DNA of 64,000 nt from Nemertoderma westbladi (lineage: Eukaryota > Animalia > Xenacoelomorpha): assembly GCA_032718475.1 (NCBI GenBank), contig JAUCBJ010009117.1:1-64000 (forward strand), written 5' to 3'. The notes below the pieces were generated by a model that saw only the letters and a list, made by a program, of their open reading frames with translations, searched no databases and was not told the origin of the DNA. A program made the translations under genes and the position numbers. Shown one piece after another: positions 22,444-35,414 of the stretch (position 1 is its first letter; each line of letters starts with the position of its first letter).

Positions 22444-25400
22444 CTGTGCGTTACATAAACACTAAATGTAAGTGGTGGGATTGGGGACCGAGAGCAACCT
22501 GTGCGTTACATAAACACTAAATGTAAGTGGTGGGATTGGGGACCGAGAGCAACCTGTGCGTTACATAAACACTAAATGTAAGTGGTGGGATTGGGGACCG
22601 AGAGCAACCTGTGCGTTACATAAACANNNNNNNNNNNNNNNNNNNNNNNNNNNNNNNNNNNNNNNNNNNNNNNNNNNNNNNNNNNNNNNNNNNNNNNNNN
22701 NNNNNNNNNNNNNNNNNNNNNNNNNNATGTAAGTGGTGGGATTGGGGACCGAGAGCAACCTGTGCGTTACATAAACACTAAATGTAAGTGGTGGGATTGG
22801 GGACCGAGAGCAACCTGTGCGTTACATAAACACTAAATGTAAGTGGTGGGATTGGGGACCGAGAGCAACCTGTGCGTTACATAAACACTAAATGTAAGTG
22901 GTGGGATTGGGGACCGAGAGCAACCTGTGCGTTACATAAACACAAAATGTAAGTGGTGGGATTGGGGACCGAGAGCAACCTGTGCGTTACATAAACACAA
23001 AATGGTGGGAAAGGAAGGGAAAAAGTGGTGGGATTGGGGACCGAGAGCAACCTGTGCGTTACATAAACACAAAATGTAAGTGGTGGGATTGGGGACCGAG
23101 AGCAACCTGTGCGTTACATAAACACAAAATGTAAGTGGTGGGATTGGGGACCGAGAGCAACCTGTGCGTTACATAAACACAAAATGTAAGTGGTGGGATT
23201 GGGGACCGAGAGCAACCTGTGCGTTACATAAACACAAAATGTAAGTGGTGGGATTGGGGACCGAGAGCAACCTGTGCGTTACATAAACACAAAATGTAAG
23301 TGGTGGGATTGGGGACCGAGAGCAACCTGTGCGTTACATAAACACAAAATGTAAGTGGTGGGATTGGGGACCGAGAGCAACCTGTGCGTTACATAAACAC
23401 TAAATGTAAGTGGTGGGATTGGGGACCGAGAGCAACCTGTGCGTTACATAAACACAAAATGTAAGTGGTGGGATTGGGGACCGAGAGCAACCTGTGCGTT
23501 ACATAAACACTAAATGTAAGTGGTGGGATTGGGGACCGAGAGCAACCTGTGCGTTACATAAACACAAAATGTAAGTGGTGGGATTGGGGACCGAGAGCAA
23601 CCTGTGCGTTACATAAACACAAAATGTAAGTGGTGGGATTGGGGACCGAGAGCAACCTGTGCGTTACATAAACACAAAATGTAAGTGGTGGGATTGGGGA
23701 CCGAGAGCAACCTGTGCGTTACATAAACACTAAATGTAAGTGGTGGGATTGGGGACCGAGAGCAACCTGTGCGTTACATAAACACAAAATGTAAGTGGTG
23801 GGATTGGGGACCGAGAGCAACCTGTGCGTTACATAAACACAAAATGTAAGTGGTGGGATTGGGGACCGAGAGCAACCTGTGCGTTACATAAACACAAAAT
23901 GTAAGTGGTGGGATTGGGGACCGAGAGCAACCTGTGCGTTACATAAACACAAAATGTAAGTGGTGGGATTGGGGACCGAGAGCAACCTGTGCGTTACATA
24001 AACACTAAATGTAAGTGGTGGGATTGGGGACCGAGAGCAACCTGTGCGTTACATAAACACAAAATGTAAGTGGTGGGATTGGGGACCGAGAGCAACCTGT
24101 GCGTTACATAAACACAAAATGTAAGTGGTGGGATTGGGGACCGAGAGCAACCTGTGCGTTACATAAACACAAAATGTAAGTGGTGGGATTGGGGACCGAG
24201 AGCAACCTGTGCGTTACATAAACACAAAATGTAAGTGGTGGGATTGGGGACCGAGAGCAACCTGTGCGTTACATAAACACAAAATGTAAGTGGTGGGATT
24301 GGGGACCGAGAGCAACCTGTGCGTTACATAAACACTAAATGTAAGTGGTGGGATTGGGGACCGAGAGCAACCTGTGCGTTACATAAACACAAAATGTAAG
24401 TGGTGGGATTGGGGACCGAGAGCAACCTGTGCGTTACATAAACACAAAATGTAAGTGGTGGGATTGGGGACCGAGAGCAACCTGTGCGTTACATAAACAC
24501 AAAATGTAAGTGGTGGGATTGGGGACCGAGAGCAACCTGTGCGTTACATAAACACAAAATGTAAGTGGTGGGATTGGGGACCGAGAGCAACCTGTGCGTT
24601 ACATAAACACAAAATGTAAGTGGTGGGATTGGGGACCGAGAGCAACCTGTGCGTTACATAAACACAAAATGTAAGTGGTGGGATTGGGGACCGAGAGCAA
24701 CCTGTGCGTTACATAAACACAAAATGTAAGTGGTGGGATTGGGGACCGAGAGCAACCTGTGCGTTACATAAACACAAAATGTAAGTGGTGGGATTGGGGA
24801 CCGAGAGCAACCTGTGCGTTACATAAACACAAAATGTAAGTGGTGGGATTGGGGACCGAGAGCAACCTGTGCGTTACATAAACACAAAATGTAAGTGGTG
24901 GGATTGGGGACCGAGAGCAACCTGTGCGTTACATAAACACAAAATGTAAGTGGTGGGATTGGGGACCGAGAGCAACCTGTGCGTTACATAAACACAAAAT
25001 GTAAGTGGTGGGATTGGGGACCGAGAGCAACCTGTGCGTTACATAAACACAAAATGTAAGTGGTGGGATTGGGGACCGAGAGCAACCTGTGCGTTACATA
25101 AACACTAAATGTAAGTGGTGGGATTGGGGACCGAGAGCAACCTGTGCGTTACATAAACACAAAATGTAAGTGGTGGGATTGGGGACCGAGAGCAACCTGT
25201 GCGTTACATAAACACAAAATGTAAGTGGTGGGATTGGGGACCGAGAGCAACCTGTGCGTTACATAAACACAAAATGTAAGTGGTGGGATTGGGGACCGAG
25301 AGCAACCTGTGCGTTACATAAACACAAAATGTAAGTGGTGGGATTGGGGACCGAGAGCAACCTGTGCGTTACATAAACACAAAATGTAAGTGGTGGGATT

Positions 25401-28400
25401 GGGGACCGAGAGCAACCTGTGCGTTACATAAACACAAAATGTAAGTGGTGGGATTGGGGACCGAGAGCAACCTGTGCGTTACATAAACACAAAATGTAAG
25501 TGGTGGGATTGGGGACCGAGAGCAACCTGTGCGTTACATAAACACAAAATGTAAGTGGTGGGATTGGGGACCGAGAGCAACCTGTGCGTTACATAAACAC
25601 AAAATGTAAGTGGTGGGATTGGGGACCGAGAGCAACCTGTGCGTTACATAAACACAAAATGTAAGTGGTGGGATTGGGGACCGAGAGCAACCTGTGCGTT
25701 ACATAAACACTAAATGTAAGTGGTGGGATTGGGGACCGAGAGCAACCTGTGCGTTACATAAACACAAAATGTAAGTGGTGGGATTGGGGACCGAGAGCAA
25801 CCTGTGCGTTACATAAACACAAAATGTAAGTGGTGGGATTGGGGACCGAGAGCAACCTGTGCGTTACATAAACACAAAATGTAAGTGGTGGGATTGGGGA
25901 CCGAGAGCAACCTGTGCGTTACATAAACACAAAATGTAAGTGGTGGGATTGGGGACCGAGAGCAACCTGTGCGTTACATAAACACAAAATGTAAGTGGTG
26001 GGATTGGGGACCGAGAGCAACCTGTGCGTTACATAAACACAAAATGTAAGTGGTGGGATTGGGGACCGAGAGCAACCTGTGCGTTACATAAACACAAAAT
26101 GTAAGTGGTGGGATTGGGGACCGAGAGCAACCTGTGCGTTACATAAACACAAAATGTAAGTGGTGGGATTGGGGACCGAGAGCAACCTGTGCGTTACATA
26201 AACACAAAATGTAAGTGGTGGGATTGGGGACCGAGAGCAACCTGTGCGTTACATAAACACAAAATGTAAGTGGTGGGATTGGGGACCGAGAGCAACCTGT
26301 GCGTTACATAAACACAAAATGTAAGTGGTGGGATTGGGGACCGAGAGCAACCTGTGCGTTACATAAACACAAAATGTAAGTGGTGGGATTGGGGACCGAG
26401 AGCAACCTGTGCGTTACATAAACACAAAATGTAAGTGGTGGGATTGGGGACCGAGAGCAACCTGTGCGTTACATAAACACAAAATGTAAGTGGTGGGATT
26501 GGGGACCGAGAGCAACCTGTGCGTTACATAAACACTAAATGTAAGTGGTGGGATTGGGGACCGAGAGCAACCTGTGCGTTACATAAACACAAAATGTAAG
26601 TGGTGGGATTGGGGACCGAGAGCAACCTGTGCGTTACATAAACACTAAATGTAAGTGGTGGGATTGGGGACCGAGAGCAACCTGTGCGTTACATAAACAC
26701 AAAATGTAAGTGGTGGGATTGGGGACCGAGAGCAACCTGTGCGTTACATAAACACAAAATGTAAGTGGTGGGATTGGGGACCGAGAGCAACCTGTGCGTT
26801 ACATAAACACTAAATGTAAGTGGTGGGATTGGGGACCGAGAGCAACCTGTGCGTTACATAAACACAAAATGTAAGTGGTGGGATTGGGGACCGAGAGCAA
26901 CCTGTGCGTTACATAAACACAAAATGTAAGTGGTGGGATTGGGGACCGAGAGCAACCTGTGCGTTACATAAACACAAAATGTAAGTGGTGGGATTGGGGA
27001 CCGAGAGCAACCTGTGCGTTACATAAACACAAAATGTAAGTGGTGGGATTGGGGACCGAGAGCAACCTGTGCGTTACATAAACACAAAATGTAAGTGGTG
27101 GGATTGGGGACCGAGAGCAACCTGTGCGTTACATAAACACTAAATGTAAGTGGTGGGATTGGGGACCGAGAGCAACCTGTGCGTTACATAAACACAAAAT
27201 GTAAGTGGTGGGATTGGGGACCGAGAGCAACCTGTGCGTTACATAAACACAAAATGTAAGTGGTGGGATTGGGGACCGAGAGCAACCTGTGCGTTACATA
27301 AACACAAAATGTAAGTGGTGGGATTGGGGACCGAGAGCAACCTGTGCGTTACATAAACACTAAATGTAAGTGGTGGGATTGGGGACCGAGAGCAACCTGT
27401 GCGTTACATAAACACAAAATGTAAGTGGTGGGATTGGGGACCGAGAGCAACCTGTGCGTTACATAAACACAAAATGTAAGTGGTGGGATTGGGGACCGAG
27501 AGCAACCTGTGCGTTACATAAACACAAAATGTAAGTGGTGGGATTGGGGACCGAGAGCAACCTGTGCGTTACATAAACACAAAATGTAAGTGGTGGGATT
27601 GGGGACCGAGAGCAACCTGTGCGTTACATAAACACAAAATGTAAGTGGTGGGATTGGGGACCGAGAGCAACCTGTGCGTTACATAAACACAAAATGTAAG
27701 TGGTGGGATTGGGGACCGAGAGCAACCTGTGCGTTACATAAACACTAAATGTAAGTGGTGGGATTGGGGACCGAGAGCAACCTGTGCGTTACATAAACAC
27801 AAAATGTAAGTGGTGGGATTGGGGACCGAGAGCAACCTGTGCGTTACATAAACACAAAATGTAAGTGGTGGGATTGGGGACCGAGAGCAACCTGTGCGTT
27901 ACATAAACACAAAATGTAAGTGGTGGGATTGGGGACCGAGAGCAACCTGTGCGTTACATAAACACAAAATGTAAGTGGTGGGATTGGGGACCGAGAGCAA
28001 CCTGTGCGTTACATAAACACAAAATGTAAGTGGTGGGATTGGGGACCGAGAGCAACCTGTGCGTTACATAAACACAAAATGTAAGTGGTGGGATTGGGGA
28101 CCGAGAGCAACCTGTGCGTTACATAAACACAAAATGTAAGTGGTGGGATTGGGGACCGAGAGCAACCTGTGCGTTACATAAACACAAAATGTAAGTGGTG
28201 GGATTGGGGACCGAGAGCAACCTGTGCGTTACATAAACACTAAATGTAAGTGGTGGGATTGGGGACCGAGAGCAACCTGTGCGTTACATAAACACAAAAT
28301 GTAAGTGGTGGGATTGGGGACCGAGAGCAACCTGTGCGTTACATAAACACAAAATGTAAGTGGTGGGATTGGGGACCGAGAGCAACCTGTGCGTTACATA

Positions 28401-30397
28401 AACACAAAATGTAAGTGGTGGGATTGGGGACCGAGAGCAACCTGTGCGTTACATAAACACAAAATGTAAGTGGTGGGATTGGGGACCGAGAGCAACCTGT
28501 GCGTTACATAAACACAAAATGTAAGTGGTGGGATTGGGGACCGAGAGCAACCTGTGCGTTACATAAACACAAAATGTAAGTGGTGGGATTGGGGACCGAG
28601 AGCAACCTGTGCGTTACATAAACACAAAATGTAAGTGGTGGGATTGGGGACCGAGAGCAACCTGTGCGTTACATAAACACAAAATGTAAGTGGTGGGATT
28701 GGGGACCGAGAGCAACCTGTGCGTTACATAAACACAAAATGTAAGTGGTGGGATTGGGGACCGAGAGCAACCTGTGCGTTACATAAACACAAAATGTAAG
28801 TGGTGGGATTGGGGACCGAGAGCAACCTGTGCGTTACATAAACACAAAATGTAAGTGGTGGGATTGGGGACCGAGAGCAACCTGTGCGTTACATAAACAC
28901 AAAATGTAAGTGGTGGGATTGGGGACCGAGAGCAACCTGTGCGTTACATAAACACAAAATGTAAGTGGTGGGATTGGGGACCGAGAGCAACCTGTGCGTT
29001 ACATAAACACAAAATGTAAGTGGTGGGATTGGGGACCGAGAGCAACCTGTGCGTTACATAAACACAAAATGTAAGTGGTGGGATTGGGGACCGAGAGCAA
29101 CCTGTGCGTTACATAAACACAAAATGTAAGTGGTGGGATTGGGGACCGAGAGCAACCTGTGCGTTACATAAACACAAAATGTAAGTGGTGGGATTGGGGA
29201 CCGAGAGCAACCTGTGCGTTACATAAACACAAAATGTAAGTGGTGGGATTGGGGACCGAGAGCAACCTGTGCGTTACATAAACACAAAATGTAAGTGGTG
29301 GGATTGGGGACCGAGAGCAACCTGTGCGTTACATAAACACAAAATGTAAGTGGTGGGATTGGGGACCGAGAGCAACCTGTGCGTTACATAAACACAAAAT
29401 GTAAGTGGTGGGATTGGGGACCGAGAGCAACCTGTGCGTTACATAAACACAAAATGTAAGTGGTGGGATTGGGGACCGAGAGCAACCTGTGCGTTACATA
29501 AACACAAAATGTAAGTGGTGGGATTGGGGACCGAGAGCAACCTGTGCGTTACATAAACACAAAATGTAAGTGGTGGGATTGGGGACCGAGAGCAACCTGT
29601 GCGTTACATAAACACTAAATGTAAGTGGTGGGATTGGGGACCGAGAGCAACCTGTGCGTTACATAAACACAAAATGTAAGTGGTGGGATTGGGGACCGAG
29701 AGCAACCTGTGCGTTACATAAACACAAAATGTAAGTGGTGGGATTGGGGACCGAGAGCAACCTGTGCGTTACATAAACACAAAATGTAAGTGGTGGGATT
29801 GGGGACCGAGAGCAACCTGTGCGTTACATAAACACAAAATGTAAGTGGTGGGATTGGGGACCGAGAGCAACCTGTGCGTTACATAAACACAAAATGTAAG
29901 TGGTGGGATTGGGGACCGAGAGCAACCTGTGCGTTACATAAACACAAAATGTAAGTGGTGGGATTGGGGACCGAGAGCAACCTGTGCGTTACATAAACAC
30001 TAAATGTAAGTGGTGGGATTGGGGACCGAGAGCAACCTGTGCGTTACATAAACACAAAATGTAAGTGGTGGGATTGGGGACCGAGAGCAACCTGTGCGTT
30101 ACATAAACACAAAATGTAAGTGGTGGGATTGGGGACCGAGAGCAACCTGTGCGTTACATAAACACTAAATGTAAGTGGTGGGATTGGGGACCGAGAGCAA
30201 CCTGTGCGTTACATAAACACAAAATGTAAGTGGTGGGATTGGGGACCGAGAGCAACCTGTGCGTTACATAAACACAAAATGTAAGTGGTGGGATTGGGGA
30301 CCGAGAGCAACCTGTGCGTTACATAAACACAAAATGTAAGTGGTGGGATTGGGGACCGAGAGCAACCTGTGCGTTACATAAACACTAAATGTAAGTG
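22432..30397. repeat. 55-bp tandem satellite, block 1 (about 145 units; contains assembly gap)
   Basis: Unit ACCGAGAGCAACCTGTGCGTTACATAAACACWAAATGTAAGTGGTGGGATTGGGG; near-invariant apart from one A/T site. Confidence 0.98.
22627..22726. other. Assembly gap (100 N)
   Basis: Run of N inside the satellite; true array length unknown. Confidence 0.99.
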
Positions 30398-33300
30398 CAC
30401 ACAAAAAACTGACCTTGTCAAATATGCAAGAAATTTCTTGTCGAAGTATTGACTATAATATTCTTGTCAATATGACGTACATTTCTAGACACATTGACAA
30501 GAAAAATTATCATTATAAAAATGACAAGATTGGTTTGTCAATATAGCAAGAATCATGACAAGATATATTGTCAATATAATGTAGAAGTGTTTGATTTGTC
30601 AATTTAGCAAGAAATCTTGGCCACATACATATAGGCCTAATCATCAATATATTTATTATAATGTACAACAATATTTATACTGTTAGTAGTTAATATATTA
30701 AGCCTCACCCAGATATATTGTTATGTCCTCAGTATCAGCATGTCTGGAAAGATTATAATAGATTTAAGAACCTGCCAACATCATGACCATTGATATTGAT
30801 CATGATCAGTGCATGATCGTCAGATACTTCACAAGAAGTATCCTAAATTGTGTTTCACACATCCAGTATTATGACTGTATGAAGCTATTTGTTCCATTTA
30901 ATAATGATAATGAATTTTTCAACGACCAAGGAAAGGAAATTCAACAGATTAATATTATAGAGATATTTTTTATTTTCCATCCAAAACATTAAAAGGTTTG
31001 TAGTGACACAGTTTAGAACACCATTAGAACATAGTTTGGATGGGTTCCTGGTTTCGGAGGAAGTTCCATAACCATATCAATCATATCTGTGCATTAGGTT
31101 AATTTTCTATGCATGGGTTTATATTACTGCTGTATTGGTTCAGAGCTGTGCTGTACATTATTTGGCAGGGATACTATAGATTCAAATTATTTTAGTATTC
31201 AATTGTTGTTAAATAGTATTATTGTCCAATAAGAAATCTTCACAAAAAAATACCGCCAAAACAACCATATGCTGATCCTATCCAATCCACTGCCACTGCT
31301 ATATATCAGATCCACTGCTATTAGTCAGAGTTCAGACCACCGTAGGTGGTAGGTAGTACTGCAGTAGGACAGGAGGAGGGAGACTCAGCTCAGACTGCAT
31401 TGCTGACATTCAGACATTGGACATTCCGACGTTATACTGTTATAGGCTGGCTGATACAGTGATAGGCCTATTTATAACGGCGCGAGGCAGCACACCATTA
31501 CATCAGTACGTACGTACCCGTACAATAGGCCCTAATCAGCTAATACTGTAGGCCTACTGAATTTTTCATTCAACTTCTGAACTTAGGCCCTATGCCCTAC
31601 AGCCCTATTTCTGTATTTTATAACAAAATGATTCTCTCCTGCTCCTCACTGCCTCAGCTCAAGTCTGCAAGTCAGTCTTCCAGGCTGCCAGGTAGTCTAC
31701 GGTACTCGTCTAACATGAATGAATACCTGACCCTGACATGCCTGAATACCCACTAAGCCGATGACAGTGTTCACTGCTGGTACTGATACTGTGATGTGAT
31801 ATGGTGATGGTCATGGGCCTATAAACTTCAGAACATCAGAACTTATATTTCTGATTTTGGTAAGTTCACAAACACTGAAACAGACAAATTTTACAGTTTT
31901 ACCGGTCTGTCTGTCCGTAGTACAGTACCGGTAGTACCGGTATTTATTTATTAGTTAGTACCGGGAGTATTTATTTATTAGTTTAGTAGGCTACAGTAGT
32001 AACGGTCCTGTAGTATTTATTTATTTATTAGTTTAGTAGGCCTAGTATTTCTTTATTACAGTATTAGTTTAGTACCGGTAGTATTTATTTATTAGATTAG
32101 TATTTGGCCTATTTATTTATTAGTGTAGTAGGCCCTAGTATCTGAGTATTTATTGACTTTTTTAGCAGTTTAGGGGGCTTAGGCCCAGGCATGATGTTGA
32201 CCGTATTACAGTACCGGTATTACTGTCAATATTATTTTGTATTTATATACAACAACTACAAGTAGTGTACAATTTGTTACAGGTCAGTGGAGGACATACC
32301 ACAGGTACATTTCCATTGCTGCACTATCCATGTATCAATGCCGCTGTGTGGTGGAATGTACATCGGGCTAGAATGAGATGATCATATCTACGGTTCCTAC
32401 CTTGCTCGAGATTTACTACCAGGGCTTACGTTTCTATCACATCCTGACATCAGCACATGGCTACCAGTAATGGAGTTACCTAACAGAAACTGCGGCCAAC
32501 TGCAAATATTATCTTCAGGGTTATTCTTCTGACGGCTTGGTCTGTTGGTGGCTGTGGCTGGCAATCTAAAACCTGCAGACCTGACAACTTTAGGAGCAAA
32601 TTGGAGGCTGAAATCAGCGGTACCGGTACTCTAGTTGATTCTGATCCCGCAAATCAAATACATTCAACTATACTACAAGTTCCTTTGGATTGGCAGATTG
32701 GGTTGATTGTGGTCTAACCGGCTAACACTCTGACTGTTCCACAGCGGCTCTGTTTGTTTATAGATCTTGCATGCCGGCCTTCCCATGATTGGCATCGCGT
32801 GTCGCAGTTCTACATAAAGCTTATTGGATTAATGAAACCACATACTCTTTATAATTCTAGAGTAAGTTAGGATATAGGCCTACAATACTACCGGTATTGG
32901 AACTGATGGACTTCTAAATAATGCCACTCAGTGTACCCTCTAACTCACAAGTGATTTCCAGTGTTTAATTAATCAGTAATTTATTTCTAGTATTTAATTT
33001 TAAAGTAAATTATTATTTATAATTCTAACAGTATTATGGCAAGAAATCATGATCATACGAATGGCAGAGACACACTCAAAAATTTAACCTAACATTTCAC
33101 TATTTTATTGTTAATTTGAGTTCCTGACAGCGTATTTTTCAAAATGTTCACTGGGAAAAGTTTCTACTTGTTTATTCGAAAAATTGCTACTGCTGTGTAT
33201 CGCTAATTTAATTTTCTACTTGATTTCTGTATTAATTTATTAAGATTTAAATATCATGGCGGCAGGTGGGCCAGGCCATCATCGGTCACTGTGGTTCGGT

Positions 33301-33844
33301 TGGCAGAAACAGACTAAATCCATTATGGATAGCATGTGCGAATGTTGGTAGTATTAAATTTGTAATATATCAATGTTTGAATTTCAAATTGTACAGAAAA
33401 TTTGCATTTTTCAATATTCGCTATTATTTACTATTTAGAAATATGGCTTAACAATTTTTAGAAATTGTGATTTTATTTATTTATAGATTTAATTCACATT
33501 TTTATTCATTATGGTTAGTTTTGGTTTTTATGAAAAATATTATGGTTATATATATAAAGCAAGAATAGTTATTGGGGTGTATTTAGGCAGTTACCGGTAT
33601 GTGATTAAAATAAAAAAAAATTTTAGGTTAGTAGGTCAAAATATATGTTTCAAATACAATAATATTTTGTTAAGATGTGTATTATAATTTGTACCAATAA
33701 ATTAAGTAAGTTGTTTAAATTTGTTTAGGGTTTGGTAATTCGATGATTTGAACCATGAAATTGACTAGCTTGACCAAACGGACTGACAAATAAGGTATAT
33801 TCGCCTGACGAAGTGAGCAAATTTACTCCCCAACGAAAATATTA

Positions 33845-34077
33845 CAGATAGGGGGGGAACTGGGCGCAATAAAATTCATCCCTCTCCAGGGGAAATTGGA
33901 CGCAAATAACAGATGATTACTCTCAAAAATAAAACCTTAGTTTATTGTTTTGGTTAAAATAACGTTCCACTGTAACCTGCTCCTTTCCCTAAATTGAGAA
34001 TTTAACATTGATGCGGGATATTAATTCGCCAAGGCGGGTGTTGCGTCCAGCCCCCCCCCCCCCCCTCCCCCTGTCTC
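33845..34077 (-). mobile_element. MITE copy (family of 13588-13840) nested in the CACTA element
   Basis: Reverse-complement similarity over its whole length. Confidence 0.65.
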
Positions 34078-34084
34078 ATATATG

Positions 34085-34806
34085 AACTTGCCCAAACGGG
34101 CAAGTTAAATATATTAGCTTGCCAAAATGGGCAAGTTATATTTTAACTTGCCCAAACTGGCAAGTTAAATATATTAGATGCCAAAATGGGCAAGTTATAT
34201 TTTAACTTGCCCAAACTGGCAAGTTAAATATTATGGCTTGCCAAAATGGGCAAGTTATATTTTAGCTTGCCCAAACTGGCAAGTTAAATATAATGGCTTG
34301 CCAAAATGGGCAAGTTATATTTTAAATTGCCCAAACTGGCAAGTTAAATATATTAGCTTGCCAAAATGGGCAAGTTATATTTAAACTTGCCCCGACGGGC
34401 AAGTTAAATATATTAGCTTGCCAAAATGGGCAAGTTATATTTTAAATTGCCCAAACTGGCAAGTTAAATATATTAGCTTGCCAAAATGGGCAAGTTATAT
34501 TTAAACTTGCCCCGACGGGCAAGTTAAATATATTAGCTTGCCAAAATGGGCAAGTTATATTTTAACTTGCCCAAACTGGCAAGTTAAATATATTAGATGC
34601 CAAAATGGGCAAGTTATATTTTAACTTGCCCAAACTGGCAAGTTAAATATTATGGCTTGCCAAAATGGGCAAGTTATATTTTAGCTTGCCCAAACTGGCA
34701 AGTTAAATATTATGGCTTGCCAAAATGGGCAAGTTATATTTTAACTTGCCCAAACTGGCAAGTTAAATATAATGGCTTGCGAAAATGGGCAAGTTATATA
34801 TTAACT
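34085..34806. repeat. 60-bp tandem repeat (about 12 copies) built from two 30-bp hairpin half-units
   Basis: AACTTGCCCAAACTGGCAAGTT alternating with CTTGCCAAAATGGGCAAGTT. Confidence 0.92.
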
Positions 34807-35414
34807 ACCTATATACTTATTTACTATGAGCATTAACTATACAGACAGCAAATTTTTGTATTCCGTTACAACTACAAATGAAGATGAAACAGTTGAAGTT
34901 GTAATAAGTATTGAAATGCAGCAGAGGAATATCCGCCGTTTTTTAATTATTATTAAGTATGCTATTTAGAGTTGCCTTTAATTGGATTGTTATTAATTAA
35001 TAATTATTATTCTCATGCAATAAATATCTGCCTTTGTTTATAAAGATATTATAAAGTAAAATAATTTCATTACGAATAGATTTCTTTCTTTATTATATTA
35101 TTGACGTTTCACCATGTGTGGAGTGTGTTGTGCAAGAAACTATATAATTAATATCCGGTGATTTTGACAAGAATATTTGTCAATAAAATTGGCTATATTT
35201 ATAGCCAAAATGGAAAGAATTTTGCAGATTTAACAAGATATTCTTGTCAAGGATTGCAAGTATTCTTGTCAATACAACCAGAAATTCTTGCCAATTCTAA
35301 TGACAAGAAATTCTTGCTAATTTGACAATCAGATTTGTGGCTAACTATTGACATGGGATTCTTGTCATTTTGAACATTTTTTTTTGTCAAATTGACAAGA
35401 CACTTTTTAGAGTG

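Larger units (their letters stand above)
30398..35414. mobile_element. Non-autonomous CACTA/EnSpm (CMC) element inserted in the satellite
   Basis: Ends CACACAAAAA... and ...TTTTTAGAGTG; 2-bp TSD TG (30396-30397 and 35415-35416) with the satellite resuming in phase; many TCTTGTCAA/TTGACAAGA subterminal repeats; no intact ORF. Confidence 0.88.

Noticed and set aside
23003-23026. Aberrant satellite unit (GGTGGGAAAGGAAGGGAAAAA)
   Set aside because: Single occurrence near a contig end; most likely a read or consensus error.
33070-35127. Second CACTA nested in the first (CACACTC...GAGTGTG)
   Set aside because: Only a 7-bp match and no TSD.
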